Notes: generated from the sequence alone by a model not told the origin. A DNA stretch of 64,000 nt from an uncultured Granulosicoccaceae bacterium (GCA_937925815.1 CALAMQ010000014.1:2169-66168); one strand, 5' to 3'; positions 1 through 13,295 are shown, numbered from the stretch's first letter. Program-made: numbers and translations.

Positions 1-394
1 GTGGCTTCATTGCATCAGGTACTTCTTTGACCAAATCAATGTGTAGCAAGCCATTGGACAGCTGTGCCCCGGTCACTTCGATGTGATCGGCAAGATTGAA
101 TTTCCGCTCGAAGCTTCGGCTTGCAATTCCCCGGTGGAGGTAATGCCGCTCTACATCATCTTTCTCTTTGCGCGCTCGCACTGACAACACACCGCGCTCA
201 ACCTCGAGCTCTATGTCCGATTCCGAAAAACCCGCAACAGCGATTGAAATGCTGTAACGGTTTTCGCCGGTGGATTCGATGTTGTACGGCGGGTAGGTTG
301 CAGGCTCTGCACCAAGCGCCGAGTTGAGCAAGGTGGCCATGCGATCAAAGCCAACGGTGGTGCGGTACAAAGGTGAAAAGTCAATTGTGTTCAT
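1..394 (-). CDS. ibpA: Small heat shock protein, Hsp20/IbpA family (3' end runs off the window; absent from the ORF track)
   Basis: Manual translation from ATG at 394 gives MNTIDFSPLYRTTVGFDRMATLL...YPPYNIE...YSISIAVAGF...YLHRGIASRSFERKFNLADHIEVTGAQLSNGLLHIDLVKEVPDAMKP, with IbpA hallmark motifs. A GAGGA RBS lies upstream. Confidence 0.95.
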   Translation of the reverse strand, partial: MNTIDFSPLYRTTVGFDRMATLLNSALGAEPATYPPYNIESTGENRYSISIAVAGFSESDIELEVERGVLSVRARKEKDDVERHYLHRGIASRSFERKFNLADHIEVTGAQLSNGLLHIDLVKEVPDAMKP

Positions 395-460
395 GTCGTG
401 TATCCTCGTAAATTTAAGCGATAGCGCAGGCAGCGCTCTGCACAGAGACACGCCGCCTGC
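395..460 (-). promoter_or_regulatory. ROSE-like RNA thermometer in the ibpA 5' UTR
   Basis: Minus-strand leader has a GC-rich hairpin (460-426). A second hairpin, UAUCGCUUAAAUUUACGAGGAUA (423-401), pairs the UCGCU motif with the AGGA Shine-Dalgarno, leaving a bulged G. Confidence 0.75.
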
Positions 461-468
461 AATAAACA

Positions 469-497
469 AATTGGGGATCAGTACCCTTTTTTTCAAG
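469..497 (-). promoter_or_regulatory. Sigma32 (RpoH) promoter of ibpA
   Basis: Minus strand reads CTTGAA-N15-CCCCAATT, matching the CTTGAA-N13-15-CCCCAT consensus, just upstream of the leader hairpins. Confidence 0.8.
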
Positions 498-519
498 CAT
501 TGACCAAGGTGAACGGTGT

Positions 520-1920
520 ATGGACATCACGTTTTATGGTGCAACTGAATCAGTCACGGGCTCGTGTCACATCGTGCGGTGCAACGGCCACACTGTTCTG
601 CTTGATTGCGGACTGATTCAAGGCTCACGCAAAGCAGACAAGCTCAATCGGGAAGATTTTCCGTTTTCCGCGAAAGACATCGATGCCGTGGTGTTGTCAC
701 ACGGACACATTGATCACTCTGGCCGCCTGCCTCTTTTATGCAAACGCGGTTACCGCGGCGAGATCCACACACAAAATGCAAGTGCGGATTTAATTGATAT
801 CTTGCTAAAGGATTCTGCGCGAATTCAGGAATATGACAGCGACTGGTACAACAGAAAGCGGCGAAAAGACGGTGAGCCACTGCGCGAACCTCTGTACCGT
901 AGCCAAGACGCAGAGAGGGTTCTCAAGCAAGTTCGTGGTCACCGCTACGGTGAGTCATTCAACTTGCTGCCCGGCATTGATATCCGTTTTCTGGATGCGG
1001 GCCATATTCTCGGTTCCGCTATTGTCGAACTGCAGCTGCAAGAGGGTGAACACAAACGCGTTGTGGTGTTCAGCGGCGATATCGGTCAATACGACACCCC
1101 AATCATCAACGACCCATCATCCGTTGCGCAGGCCGACATGATTATCATGGAGAGCACCTACGGCAACCGCCATCACCGCGACCGGCAAAGCACCATCGAT
1201 GAGCTTGGAGAGATCATTGAAAAGGCACACTCAGACGGTGGCAACATCCTGATACCAGCCTTCGCTATTGGCCGAAGCCAAGAACTGCTGTACCACATGG
1301 GCATGCAATACGAGGCGTGGCAACTGGACAACTGGCAAGTTTTTCTAGACTCCCCAATGGCCATTGAGGCGAGTCGTGTCTACTGGGACTACCCCCAGCT
1401 GTACGACAATGAAACCACGCGTTTGCGCAAGGGCATTCTCGACATGCCACGCCTAAGCAATTTAAATTTCAGTCGCTCAGTCGAAGACAGCAAGGCCATC
1501 GCAAATTACAAGCACGGAGCAATTGTGATTGCCGGTTCCGGTATGTGTACCGGTGGACGAATTATGCACCACCTGCGTAACCACATCCCCAATCCTCGCA
1601 CCCACGTCATCATTTGCGGCTACCAATCACCGGGCACACTCGGTGGCCGATTGGTCAACGGCGAAGAGGAGGTCAAGATTCACGGCAAGTGGGTTGAGAA
1701 CCGCGCTCAGACACACACCGTCGGTGGCCTGTCCGCCCACGGCGATCAAGCCGATTTGATGCGATGGCTCAACGGCTTCAACGGCAAGCCGCCGATCTAC
1801 TTAGTGCACGGGAACACTGGCGCCAAAACGGGGCTTCGTGACCATTTGCGCCACGAACACGACTGGCCAGCGAGCATTGCACAAGATGCCCAAGTGGTGG
1901 ATTTGATATCAGGACTCTGA
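520..1920 (+). CDS. MBL-fold metallo-hydrolase, beta-CASP family RNA-processing nuclease
   Basis: Motifs LLDCG, SHGHIDH, AGHILGS, FSGDIG, MESTYG, SAHGD and VHG; 466 aa. Confidence 0.9.
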   Translation: MDITFYGATESVTGSCHIVRCNGHTVLLDCGLIQGSRKADKLNREDFPFSAKDIDAVVLSHGHIDHSGRLPLLCKRGYRGEIHTQNASADLIDILLKDSARIQEYDSDWYNRKRRKDGEPLREPLYRSQDAERVLKQVRGHRYGESFNLLPGIDIRFLDAGHILGSAIVELQLQEGEHKRVVVFSGDIGQYDTPIINDPSSVAQADMIIMESTYGNRHHRDRQSTIDELGEIIEKAHSDGGNILIPAFAIGRSQELLYHMGMQYEAWQLDNWQVFLDSPMAIEASRVYWDYPQLYDNETTRLRKGILDMPRLSNLNFSRSVEDSKAIANYKHGAIVIAGSGMCTGGRIMHHLRNHIPNPRTHVIICGYQSPGTLGGRLVNGEEEVKIHGKWVENRAQTHTVGGLSAHGDQADLMRWLNGFNGKPPIYLVHGNTGAKTGLRDHLRHEHDWPASIAQDAQVVDLISGL

Positions 1921-1964
1921 CAATACTCAGAGTCCTGTCACCACCCATTGGGCAAGTTCAGAGT

Positions 1965-2705
1965 TTAGTTTCCGCTACCACTTAGATTTCGGCGGGATTT
2001 ATGAGCGGCAGCATTTGCCGCCAACACGTTGGTATCAAGCTGCACCATATTTGGCAGCTCATCGAGGTTACTCACTTTGTTTCGCTCCGCGTCGAGCATG
2101 GACTCGAGCTCCATGATGCGCAGAAGCAGATCTTTGCCCGCTTTTGTTCGCTCTTCTGAGAGCTGGCTCTCTAGCAACGCGATACGCTCACGCAAGGCAG
2201 TGTCGGTATTGCGGTATTCCTCGAGCGTTGCCTCGTAACTTGCAATCTCGGCTTGCGCCAGAGCCAAGGCCTCACGTTCTCTTGCAACATCAGCATTTGC
2301 CGCGTCGAGCAACCCCAAAGTTGTATTGAGTTCTGCACGCGTGGCGTCTCGCTCACCCTTTGCCACAGCGAGCTGATTCTCAACTGTTGTCACGGCGCTG
2401 TGCGCCGCTGTGATCTCTTTTTCGAGTTGCTTTTTCGCCGCGTTGGCAAGCTTCAGGTCAGATTCAAGTGCGGCAGCATTGCCTTTGCCGTCCTCAATCT
2501 GTTTCTCAAGCGACGCGATCCGTTTCTCAGATTTCTGTGCAGCACGTTTGTGCTCTGACAACGCGGCGGTTTCGGACTGAAGCGCAAGCTCCAGTTCCGC
2601 TATGCGTTTTTCACACGCAGTGGTGTGCTCGCTCAAGGTTGTCAACAGAACGGTGACGTCACGTTCGTGTTTAATTCGGGTGGGTGTCACAAGCATTTTA
2701 TTCAT
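1965..2705 (-). CDS. Hypothetical long coiled-coil protein (start uncertain; ORF open to 2894)
   Basis: About 190 aa of Ala/Glu/Leu/Lys-rich heptads with no proline and four RIxxLE motifs. ATG at 2705 is in frame. Confidence 0.7.
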   Translation of the reverse strand: MNKMLVTPTRIKHERDVTVLLTTLSEHTTACEKRIAELELALQSETAALSEHKRAAQKSEKRIASLEKQIEDGKGNAAALESDLKLANAAKKQLEKEITAAHSAVTTVENQLAVAKGERDATRAELNTTLGLLDAANADVAREREALALAQAEIASYEATLEEYRNTDTALRERIALLESQLSEERTKAGKDLLLRIMELESMLDAERNKVSNLDELPNMVQLDTNVLAANAAAHKSRRNLSGSGN

Positions 2706-2878
2706 CAGGGCTTCCGCAACTGGCTCGGTTGTCAGGCCACTCAAACCGAACTCAAGTGACTTGATCAGGAATGGTGCTCGACCGTGCCGGGAGCTGAAGT
2801 CCACCCCGGCAGATCTGACACATTGCCGTGCAATCTCGGGACCACAGACGGAAAAAGCCTGTGAATACGCCTTTTTTG

Positions 2879-4228
2879 CTACTTCCCGATACAAAATGCG
2901 GAAAAAATCTCGCCGAGCAGATCGTCTGCGGTGTATCGCCCAGTGATCGATTCAAGCGCGGCATGTGCACCGCGCAAGTCTTCGGCAACAAGCTCACCAC
3001 CACTACTGGCCAACAGGTTGCGTTGGGCACACTGCAAACCGTCACATGCTCGCTCTAACGCCGCGACGTGGCGCCGTCTCGCGCTGAGTGTTCCGAGCCC
3101 ATCAGCGACATCAGTGTCATTGGCAAGGGCCGCGCTGATGGATGCCCGCAGCGCGTCGAGCCCATCACCCGTGCGCGCGGAGACCTGTACCGAATTCTCT
3201 GGCCATTGCGCGGCTAGGCGCGGGGCTAGGTCCGCCTTGTTCGCAACCCAAATCACCTGAGACGTCACACATGTCGCCGCGAGGGCGAGATCGTCCGCGG
3301 TGATACCCACAGCCGAATCAAAAACCAGCAGCACAAGATCAGCTTGGGCAAGCTGTTCTCGCGCGCGACGGACCCCTTCGCGCTCGACAGCGTCTTCGGC
3401 GTCACGCACGCCGGCGGTGTCGATGACCTCGGTTGCGATGCCATCTAGATCCAACGCAACGCGAATGACATCCCGCGTGGTGCCTGGCACATCTGTGACA
3501 ATCGCGATGTCTTGCGCGGCCAGCGCGTTGAGCAGGCTCGACTTGCCAACATTGGGCTGGCCTGCAATCACCACCACTGCACCCTCTTGCAAGCGCACGC
3601 CGGCAGTTGCGGTACGCAGCAGATTTTCAGCCTGATCCAGCACCGCCTGCATGTGCTCGCGCACAGGTGACTCAGACAGAAAATCAATGTCCTCATCAGG
3701 GAAGTCGAGCGCGGATTCAACGTGAACGCGCAAGGTCGTTAACGCCGTGCCAAGCGCACCCACTGCGGATGAAAATTCACCCTGAAGTGAACGCACGGCG
3801 GCTCGCGCGGCGGCAGCGGTGCTGGCGTTGATGACATCGGCAACCGCCTCCGCCTGCGCGAGATCGAGCCGGTCATTGAGAAACGCGCGTTCCGTGAATT
3901 CCCCCGGCCGCGCTGGGCGTGCGCCGAGGGCACAGCAGCGCTGCACAAGCAGGTCGAGCAGCACCGGGTTGCCATGGCCCTGCATCTCCACGACGTCTTC
4001 ACCCGTGTAGGAGGCTGGCGCTGGAAACCACAGTACGACGCCATCGTCTATATCGGACCCAACCCCATCGCGAAATGCGCGATGGTGAACCCGGCGCGGT
4101 GACAAGGCGCCACCGCAAATTGACTCTGCAATCGCGCGAGACCGCGCGCCACTGAGTCTCACTACACCGATTCCGCCTCGACCTGCCGGTGTTGATACGG
4201 CGACGATGGTGTCCGGTGTGGCGGTCAC
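2879..4228 (-). CDS. mnmE: tRNA modification GTPase MnmE/TrmE
   Basis: DTIVAVSTPAGRGGIG, GQPNVGKSS, GTTRD, DTAG, NKAD and the C-terminal FCIGK. Confidence 0.98.
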   Translation of the reverse strand: MTATPDTIVAVSTPAGRGGIGVVRLSGARSRAIAESICGGALSPRRVHHRAFRDGVGSDIDDGVVLWFPAPASYTGEDVVEMQGHGNPVLLDLLVQRCCALGARPARPGEFTERAFLNDRLDLAQAEAVADVINASTAAAARAAVRSLQGEFSSAVGALGTALTTLRVHVESALDFPDEDIDFLSESPVREHMQAVLDQAENLLRTATAGVRLQEGAVVVIAGQPNVGKSSLLNALAAQDIAIVTDVPGTTRDVIRVALDLDGIATEVIDTAGVRDAEDAVEREGVRRAREQLAQADLVLLVFDSAVGITADDLALAATCVTSQVIWVANKADLAPRLAAQWPENSVQVSARTGDGLDALRASISAALANDTDVADGLGTLSARRRHVAALERACDGLQCAQRNLLASSGGELVAEDLRGAHAALESITGRYTADDLLGEIFSAFCIGK

Positions 4229-4229
4229 A

Positions 4230-5897
4230 TCAAGCGGTCTTGGACTGAGATTCCCCGATCACAACGCGTGTGATGTACCACTGTTGGGCGATCGACAGCA
4301 CATTGTTCACGATCCAGTAAAGTACCAGGCCGGCTGGGAAAAACATGAAGAAGAACATGAACATCCACGGCATGATCATGAACACTTTCTGCTGGATCGG
4401 GTCAACTGGCGCGGGGTTCAAGCGCTGTTGCACGAACATGGAAATGCCCATTAACACCGGCAACACAAAGTACGGGTCTTTGCTCGCCAAGTCGTCGATC
4501 CACAACAACCAAGGCGCCTGCCGCAGTTCGACCGACTCAATCAACATCCAGTAGAGCGCAATGAACACTGGAATTTGAATGAGCATTGGGAAGCAACTGC
4601 CAAGCGGGTTGACCTTTTCTTTCTTGTAGAGCTCCATGGTCGCCTGACCCATTTTCTCGCGGTTATCGCCGTGGCGTTCCTTGAGTTCGGCCATTTTGGG
4701 CTGCAGCGCTTTCATACGCGCCATCGACTTGTAACCCATTTCCGAGAGCTTGTAGAAAAAAGCCTTGATCAAGAAGGTCAGGAAAACGATCGACCAACCC
4801 CAGTTGCCAACCCATCCGTGTATTTTGTTGAGCAACCAGAAAAGCGGTTGCGCGAGCACTGTCAGGTAACCGAAATCCACCGTCAACCGCAGGTTCTCTG
4901 CATAGGACTCGAGTCGATCTTGGATTTTCGGTCCGGCGTACACGGTGGACGTGAATTGCGCTGACTCGCTGGGCTGAACCGTGACCGCGCGCGAGGCCGC
5001 ACCCAAGATGTAGCGGCCCGTCGCCTGCACGTAGTTGCTGTAATACGTGGTGTTCTCACCCTGCTCTGGTACCAACGCGGTGCCGAAGTAGTGCTGGATC
5101 ATAGCGATCCAGCCACTGCTCGACTCGACGCGCAAGTTCTCCGAGGCGATGTCTTCGAGATCGATTTTTTGATAGACCTCTTCACTGGTGCTCAGCACAC
5201 CACCGGTGAACGAGCGGACAAAGCCATCGCTGCCGTCATCACCAACCTCTGAGCGCAGCAACTGACCGTAGTGCCACCCCTGCCACGGCGCACCGCTGTT
5301 GTTGACCACGTCATAAATCACGTCAAAGCCGTATTTATCGCGCTTGAAAACCCACGTCTTGGTGACCTCAACGCCACCCTCAGACCACCTAAAGGGCACC
5401 CGCAATTCGTCTTGGCCGTCGGCCAGTTCGTAAGCTTGCTCGGCAAACTGGTACACATCACGGTGTGTCGGCGCACTGCCCTGACCCTCGCGGGTCTGCA
5501 AGCCGCTCTGCACGAGCACGACCCTGGATGGGCTCGACTCAAGCGCTTTGACAAGTAACTCGGGGTTTTCCAGCGTCTCGGGGTACTGGCGCAACGCCGC
5601 CAAGACCGGGTTCGCACCGCGGGTGTCGATCTCGATGTCGAGCACATCGGTCCGTATGCTGACACGCTCGCCCTCTGCTGCAACCACGCCGCTGTCAAAG
5701 GTCACGTTGGCTTGGCCCGTGGGTTCAACGCTGGGCAGCGTCGCATCCCCTGCGTCCGCCGCCAACGACTGACTTTGCCCGGCGCTGGTCTGGGTTTCAA
5801 CGGGTGGTACGTAGTTGTAGTCGAGCTGCCAAGTTTGCCAAATAAGCATGAGCAGCAAGCCGAGACCGGCGTAGAGGAACAGGCGTTGGTTGTCCAT
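4230..5897 (-). CDS. yidC: Membrane protein insertase YidC
   Basis: N-terminal TM helix, periplasmic domain, GNWGWSI, NPLGSCFPMLIQIPVF and DPYFVLP; canonical synteny. Confidence 0.97.
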   Translation of the reverse strand: MDNQRLFLYAGLGLLLMLIWQTWQLDYNYVPPVETQTSAGQSQSLAADAGDATLPSVEPTGQANVTFDSGVVAAEGERVSIRTDVLDIEIDTRGANPVLAALRQYPETLENPELLVKALESSPSRVVLVQSGLQTREGQGSAPTHRDVYQFAEQAYELADGQDELRVPFRWSEGGVEVTKTWVFKRDKYGFDVIYDVVNNSGAPWQGWHYGQLLRSEVGDDGSDGFVRSFTGGVLSTSEEVYQKIDLEDIASENLRVESSSGWIAMIQHYFGTALVPEQGENTTYYSNYVQATGRYILGAASRAVTVQPSESAQFTSTVYAGPKIQDRLESYAENLRLTVDFGYLTVLAQPLFWLLNKIHGWVGNWGWSIVFLTFLIKAFFYKLSEMGYKSMARMKALQPKMAELKERHGDNREKMGQATMELYKKEKVNPLGSCFPMLIQIPVFIALYWMLIESVELRQAPWLLWIDDLASKDPYFVLPVLMGISMFVQQRLNPAPVDPIQQKVFMIMPWMFMFFFMFFPAGLVLYWIVNNVLSIAQQWYITRVVIGESQSKTA

Positions 5898-5902
5898 ACA
5901 GA

Positions 5903-6151
5903 TTATTGAGACTGCGATGAGTTAGCGGGGGGCCCTTGTCGCGACGGGACCGGGTCGTGTCCACCCAGACTCCACGGATTGCAACGCACTATGCGCCGCA
6001 CCGCGAGCCAAGTGCCTCGCAGCGCACCGTGTTGTTTGATGGCTTCGATTGCGTAGGCTGAACAGCTCGGATGATACCGACAACTGGCTGGAAAGTAAGG
6101 ACTGATGCAGAGTTGATAGAACCGGATCAAACCCACTAGTGCTTGTCGCAT
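5903..6151 (-). CDS. yidD: Membrane protein insertion efficiency factor YidD
   Basis: [18 protein letters not shown] and [17 protein letters not shown] at 6151 was chosen as the start. Confidence 0.95.
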   Translation of the reverse strand: MRQALVGLIRFYQLCISPYFPASCRYHPSCSAYAIEAIKQHGALRGTWLAVRRIVRCNPWSLGGHDPVPSRQGPPANSSQSQ

Positions 6152-6522
6152 CGCTGTCGCACCCGTTTCCATTGACGCGCCAGATCCGCGCGCAACTCAT
6201 CAAGCGAGGCGCTGCGGACACCAGGGTTAGCCATCACGACAACATCCAAGTCGCCCACCACTGATGCTTCTTGCTGTCTAAAACTCTCGCGGATCACGCG
6301 TTTGGCGCGGTTGCGATCCACAGCACGTTTCAAAGAACGCTTCGCGATGGCGAGTCCTAGACGGCCTTTGGGGTGATCGCCAGTCACAGCAATCAACCGA
6401 AAAAACTGGCCGCCGGCGCGAGCGCCCTGCTTGAGGACGTGTTGGAATTCGCGTGGCGTCAGCAGGCGCCTGTCGCGACCAAACACAGAGCCTTCAACGC
6501 CAGATTGCGCATCGGGCGCCAC
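6136..6522 (-). CDS. rnpA: Ribonuclease P protein component
   Basis: RLGLAIAKR and the [16 protein letters not shown] motif; lies between rpmH and yidD. Confidence 0.93.
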   Translation of the reverse strand: MAPDAQSGVEGSVFGRDRRLLTPREFQHVLKQGARAGGQFFRLIAVTGDHPKGRLGLAIAKRSLKRAVDRNRAKRVIRESFRQQEASVVGDLDVVVMANPGVRSASLDELRADLARQWKRVRQRCDKH

Positions 6523-6533
6523 AGGGCGTTGGC

Positions 6534-6671
6534 TCAGGATGGCGCGAGACGTTTACGTCCCTTTGCACGACGGGCGCGAATGACTGCGCGGCCACCACGT
6601 GTTGCCATGCGGGCACGAAAACCGTGGGTGCGCTTGCGGCGCAGGGTGTTGGGCTGAAAAGTACGTTTCAT
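6534..6671 (-). CDS. rpmH: 50S ribosomal protein L34
   Basis: [42 protein letters not shown] from ATG at 6671. Confidence 0.98.
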   Translation of the reverse strand: MKRTFQPNTLRRKRTHGFRARMATRGGRAVIRARRAKGRKRLAPS

Positions 6672-6774
6672 GGCCTGATCCTCTGTTCGGGCTCTGCCAA
6701 AAGCAAAGCCGCTAAGCATAAAACGGATAGCACATCCAGTCAAAGTCTTTTCTCGCCATCAACAGGAAATAGCC

Positions 6775-6793
6775 TGTGGATAACTTATGCAGA
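6775..6793. promoter_or_regulatory. DnaA boxes in the rpmH-dnaA promoter region
   Basis: Perfect TGTGGATAA (6775-6783, reverse complement TTATCCACA) next to degenerate TTATGCAGA (6785-6793). Confidence 0.75.
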
Positions 6794-6988
6794 CCGCGCT
6801 AGACTAGCGCGACCGACGACCCGACAGAGCGTATCCCCCATTGAGAGGCGGCTCTCCCGTCTAAGGCATGCGTGTCAGTGAAGCACTGATGCAAGGCGGT
6901 AACGTCACCCCCCTGTTTTAGCTTTTCGTCTGCTTTTTATCGATTGGCTACCAATTTGTTGCGGCTCGCCGCCGCACCGGAGACCCAT

Positions 6989-8389
6989 TTGCCCAACTCG
7001 CTGTGGAGCACTTGTCTGGCTCAGCTCGAATCCGAGCTGACCCCGCGCCAACTCGACACCTGGATTAAACCGCTACAAGTGGAATCCACCGACAGTGCCC
7101 TAACCCTACTGGCCCCCAACCGGTTCGTACTCGATTGGGTCAAGCAGAACTACGTTGCCCGTATTGAGACCATCGCTCGATCAGTCGTCGGTGCCGCGGC
7201 CAAAGTCGATTTGATCGTCGGCCATCATGCACCGACGCCAAAACAACCGGCAATAGCGGGACAAGCCCCAACAGAACACAAAGTTGAACAACCTGTACGG
7301 CCGGTGATTTCGACACCGAATCAAGCAACAGCATTCAATGCCGCTGCGCAAGCGCGCGACAGGTCCTTTTGCTCGGAGCTCAATCCCAATTACACCTTTG
7401 AAAGCTTCGTTGAAGGCAAATCTAACCATTTCGGCCGTGCCGCCGCGATGCAGATTGCTGAGAACCCGGGGTGTGGCTACAACCCGCTTTTTATATACGG
7501 CGGCGTGGGCCTGGGTAAAACCCATTTGATGCAAGCTGTCGGGCACTCTCTTTTAGAATACAAGCCCGACGCCCGCATCGCCTATGTGCATTCAGAACGC
7601 TATGTGCGCGAGATGATCAAGTCTCTGCAGCGCAACACCATTGATGATTTCAAGCAGTTCTACCGCTCACTCGATGCCCTCTTGATCGACGATATCCAGT
7701 TCTTCGCAGGCAAAGAACGCTCGCAAGAAGAGTTCTTCCACAACTTCAATTCAATGATGGAAAGTCGGCAGCAAATCATCATCACCTGCGACCGCTATCC
7801 AAAAGAAGTCGACGGCCTCGAAGAGCGACTGCGCTCACGATTTGGCTGGGGATTGACAGTCTCAATCGACCCGCCGGAACTCGAAACTCGCGTAGCCATC
7901 CTTCACAGCAAGGCCGAACAAGCCGGTGTCGAGCTGCCTTCCGATGTCGGTTTCTTCATCGCGAAACGCGTTCGTTCCAATGTCCGTGAGCTCGAGGGCG
8001 CATTGCGTCGAGTGATCGCAACATGCCAGTTCACCGGCCAGGCAATCACGGTTGAGTTCGCACGCGAAGCACTGCGAGACCTTATCTCGGTCCAGGACAA
8101 GCTCATCACACTGCCCAATATTCAGAAAACAGTCTCTGAATACTACAAGCTGCCGATGAAAGATATGCTGTCTAAACGCAGAACCCGATCAATCGCACGG
8201 CCGCGCCAACTGGCAATGGCTTTGAGCAAAGAGATGACTACCCACAGCTTGCCAGAGATCGGCGATGCCTTTGGCGGCCGCGACCACACCACGGTGATGC
8301 ACGCGTGCAAGACGATCAACCGCTTACGCGAGACGGATACCCGTCTCAACGATGACTACCTCACGCTACGGCGAGCCATTGAGAGTTAA
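6989..8389 (+). CDS. dnaA: Chromosomal replication initiator DnaA
   Basis: YNPLFIYGGVGLGKTHL, LLIDDIQF and FGGRDHTTV. The TTG start at 6989 is preceded by GGAG. Confidence 0.98.
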   Translation: MPNSLWSTCLAQLESELTPRQLDTWIKPLQVESTDSALTLLAPNRFVLDWVKQNYVARIETIARSVVGAAAKVDLIVGHHAPTPKQPAIAGQAPTEHKVEQPVRPVISTPNQATAFNAAAQARDRSFCSELNPNYTFESFVEGKSNHFGRAAAMQIAENPGCGYNPLFIYGGVGLGKTHLMQAVGHSLLEYKPDARIAYVHSERYVREMIKSLQRNTIDDFKQFYRSLDALLIDDIQFFAGKERSQEEFFHNFNSMMESRQQIIITCDRYPKEVDGLEERLRSRFGWGLTVSIDPPELETRVAILHSKAEQAGVELPSDVGFFIAKRVRSNVRELEGALRRVIATCQFTGQAITVEFAREALRDLISVQDKLITLPNIQKTVSEYYKLPMKDMLSKRRTRSIARPRQLAMALSKEMTTHSLPEIGDAFGGRDHTTVMHACKTINRLRETDTRLNDDYLTLRRAIES

Positions 8390-8621
8390 GTGATATGGCC
8401 TGTTATCAACTCTGTGGACAACCCCGACACTGGCCTCTGGACAACTTGTGTTCGGATTTAAGGCCTGTTTTATCAACAGGCTATCAAGAGCTTGACCGCC
8501 GTGACTGTCCACAACAACGCAGAGCGCAGGATATTGATTTTAAAGGGAATTATGTACTTCTCTACATATCCACCGTGCTTATTATTATTACTATTTTCTT
8601 AAATATATATAGGTATATTTA
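8390..8621. other. oriC: Replication origin oriC (dnaA-dnaN intergenic region)
   Basis: Cluster of degenerate DnaA boxes starting at 8403, 8413, 8436, 8470, 8481, 8505, 8558 and 8566. IHF-like CAGGATATTGATT at 8527-8539, trinucleotide run CTTATTATTATTACTATT at 8578-8595, and an AT-rich unwinding tract to 8621. Confidence 0.85.
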
Positions 8622-9722
8622 ATGAAACTCTCTCTTTCCCGCGAAGAATTGCTCACGCCCTTGCAACGTGTCATCGGTGCTGTCGAAAAGCGTCAGACAA
8701 TGCCCGTGCTCTCGCATGTACTGGTTTCCTTGCAAAACGGCACCTTGTCGTTGACCGCAACCGATCTCGAAATCGAACTGCGCGACGCAGTTGAAGGCGT
8801 GATGGGTGATGACAGTGAAACCACCTTGCCCGCGCGCAAGTTGCTCGACATTTGCAAGAGCCTGCCCGATGGCGCTGAAATCACCCTGTCTGTGAGCGGC
8901 AACAAGGCGACAGTCAAGGCTGGCCGCAGTCGGTTTAACCTGACAACCTTATCCGCTAGCGAATTTCCGCGAACCGATACCTTGCAAGACCCTGTGAGCT
9001 TTTCGTTGCCACAACGTGGGCTTCGAAGCGCGTTGCAGAAAACGGCTTTTTCAATGGCCCTGCAGGATGTGCGGTACTACCTCAACGGACTGCTGCTCGA
9101 ACTGGCACCGGGCAACCTGCGCGCTGTGACAACGGACGGACATCGACTTTCCCTCAGTGAATACCCGGTGGATATCGCTGTCGATGCACAACACCAAGCC
9201 ATCGTGCCGCGAAAAGGGGTGCAAGAATTATTGCGCCTGCTTGCCGATGATGACGGTGACGTCAGCGTAGCGATGACAGCAAATCACGTGCAGTTTTCCC
9301 TCGGAAATTTGCAATACACCTCGAAGCTGATCGATGGTCGCTTCCCGGATTACCAACGCGTGATGCCGGCAGACAACCCTCGCGTGGCCACCATTGACCG
9401 TGAAACGTTGCGCCAAGCGCTCACACGTGTGGCAATCCTCGCCAATGAAAAATACAAAGGCGTGCGCCTGCAATTCGGGGAGGATGTGTTGACTGTGCAG
9501 ACACATAACCCCGAGCAGGAAGAGGCTGAAGACACGATTGCGATTGGTTTCAGCGGGGACGCGATTGAGATCGGATTTAACGTTGGCTATGTGCTCGATG
9601 TGTTGCAAGCCATCGAATGTGACACGGTGTTGTTCAAGCTCAGCGACGGCAACAGCAGTTGTTTGGTGACTGCCGCTGACGACAACAACCACCGTTACGT
9701 CGTCATGCCCATGCGGCTATGA
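8622..9722 (+). CDS. dnaN: DNA polymerase III beta sliding clamp
   Basis: ATDLE, QDVRYYLNG, TTDGHRL, SKLIDGRFPDY and YVVMPMRL; 366 aa. Confidence 0.98.
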   Translation: MKLSLSREELLTPLQRVIGAVEKRQTMPVLSHVLVSLQNGTLSLTATDLEIELRDAVEGVMGDDSETTLPARKLLDICKSLPDGAEITLSVSGNKATVKAGRSRFNLTTLSASEFPRTDTLQDPVSFSLPQRGLRSALQKTAFSMALQDVRYYLNGLLLELAPGNLRAVTTDGHRLSLSEYPVDIAVDAQHQAIVPRKGVQELLRLLADDDGDVSVAMTANHVQFSLGNLQYTSKLIDGRFPDYQRVMPADNPRVATIDRETLRQALTRVAILANEKYKGVRLQFGEDVLTVQTHNPEQEEAEDTIAIGFSGDAIEIGFNVGYVLDVLQAIECDTVLFKLSDGNSSCLVTAADDNNHRYVVMPMRL

Positions 9723-9730
9723 CGCGCTGA

Positions 9731-13295
<3,565 letters not shown>

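Noticed and set aside
8395..8622. 75-aa ORF between dnaA and dnaN
   Set aside because: It overlies the DnaA-box cluster and AT-rich unwinding element, and its hydrophobic tail simply reflects the ATT repeats.
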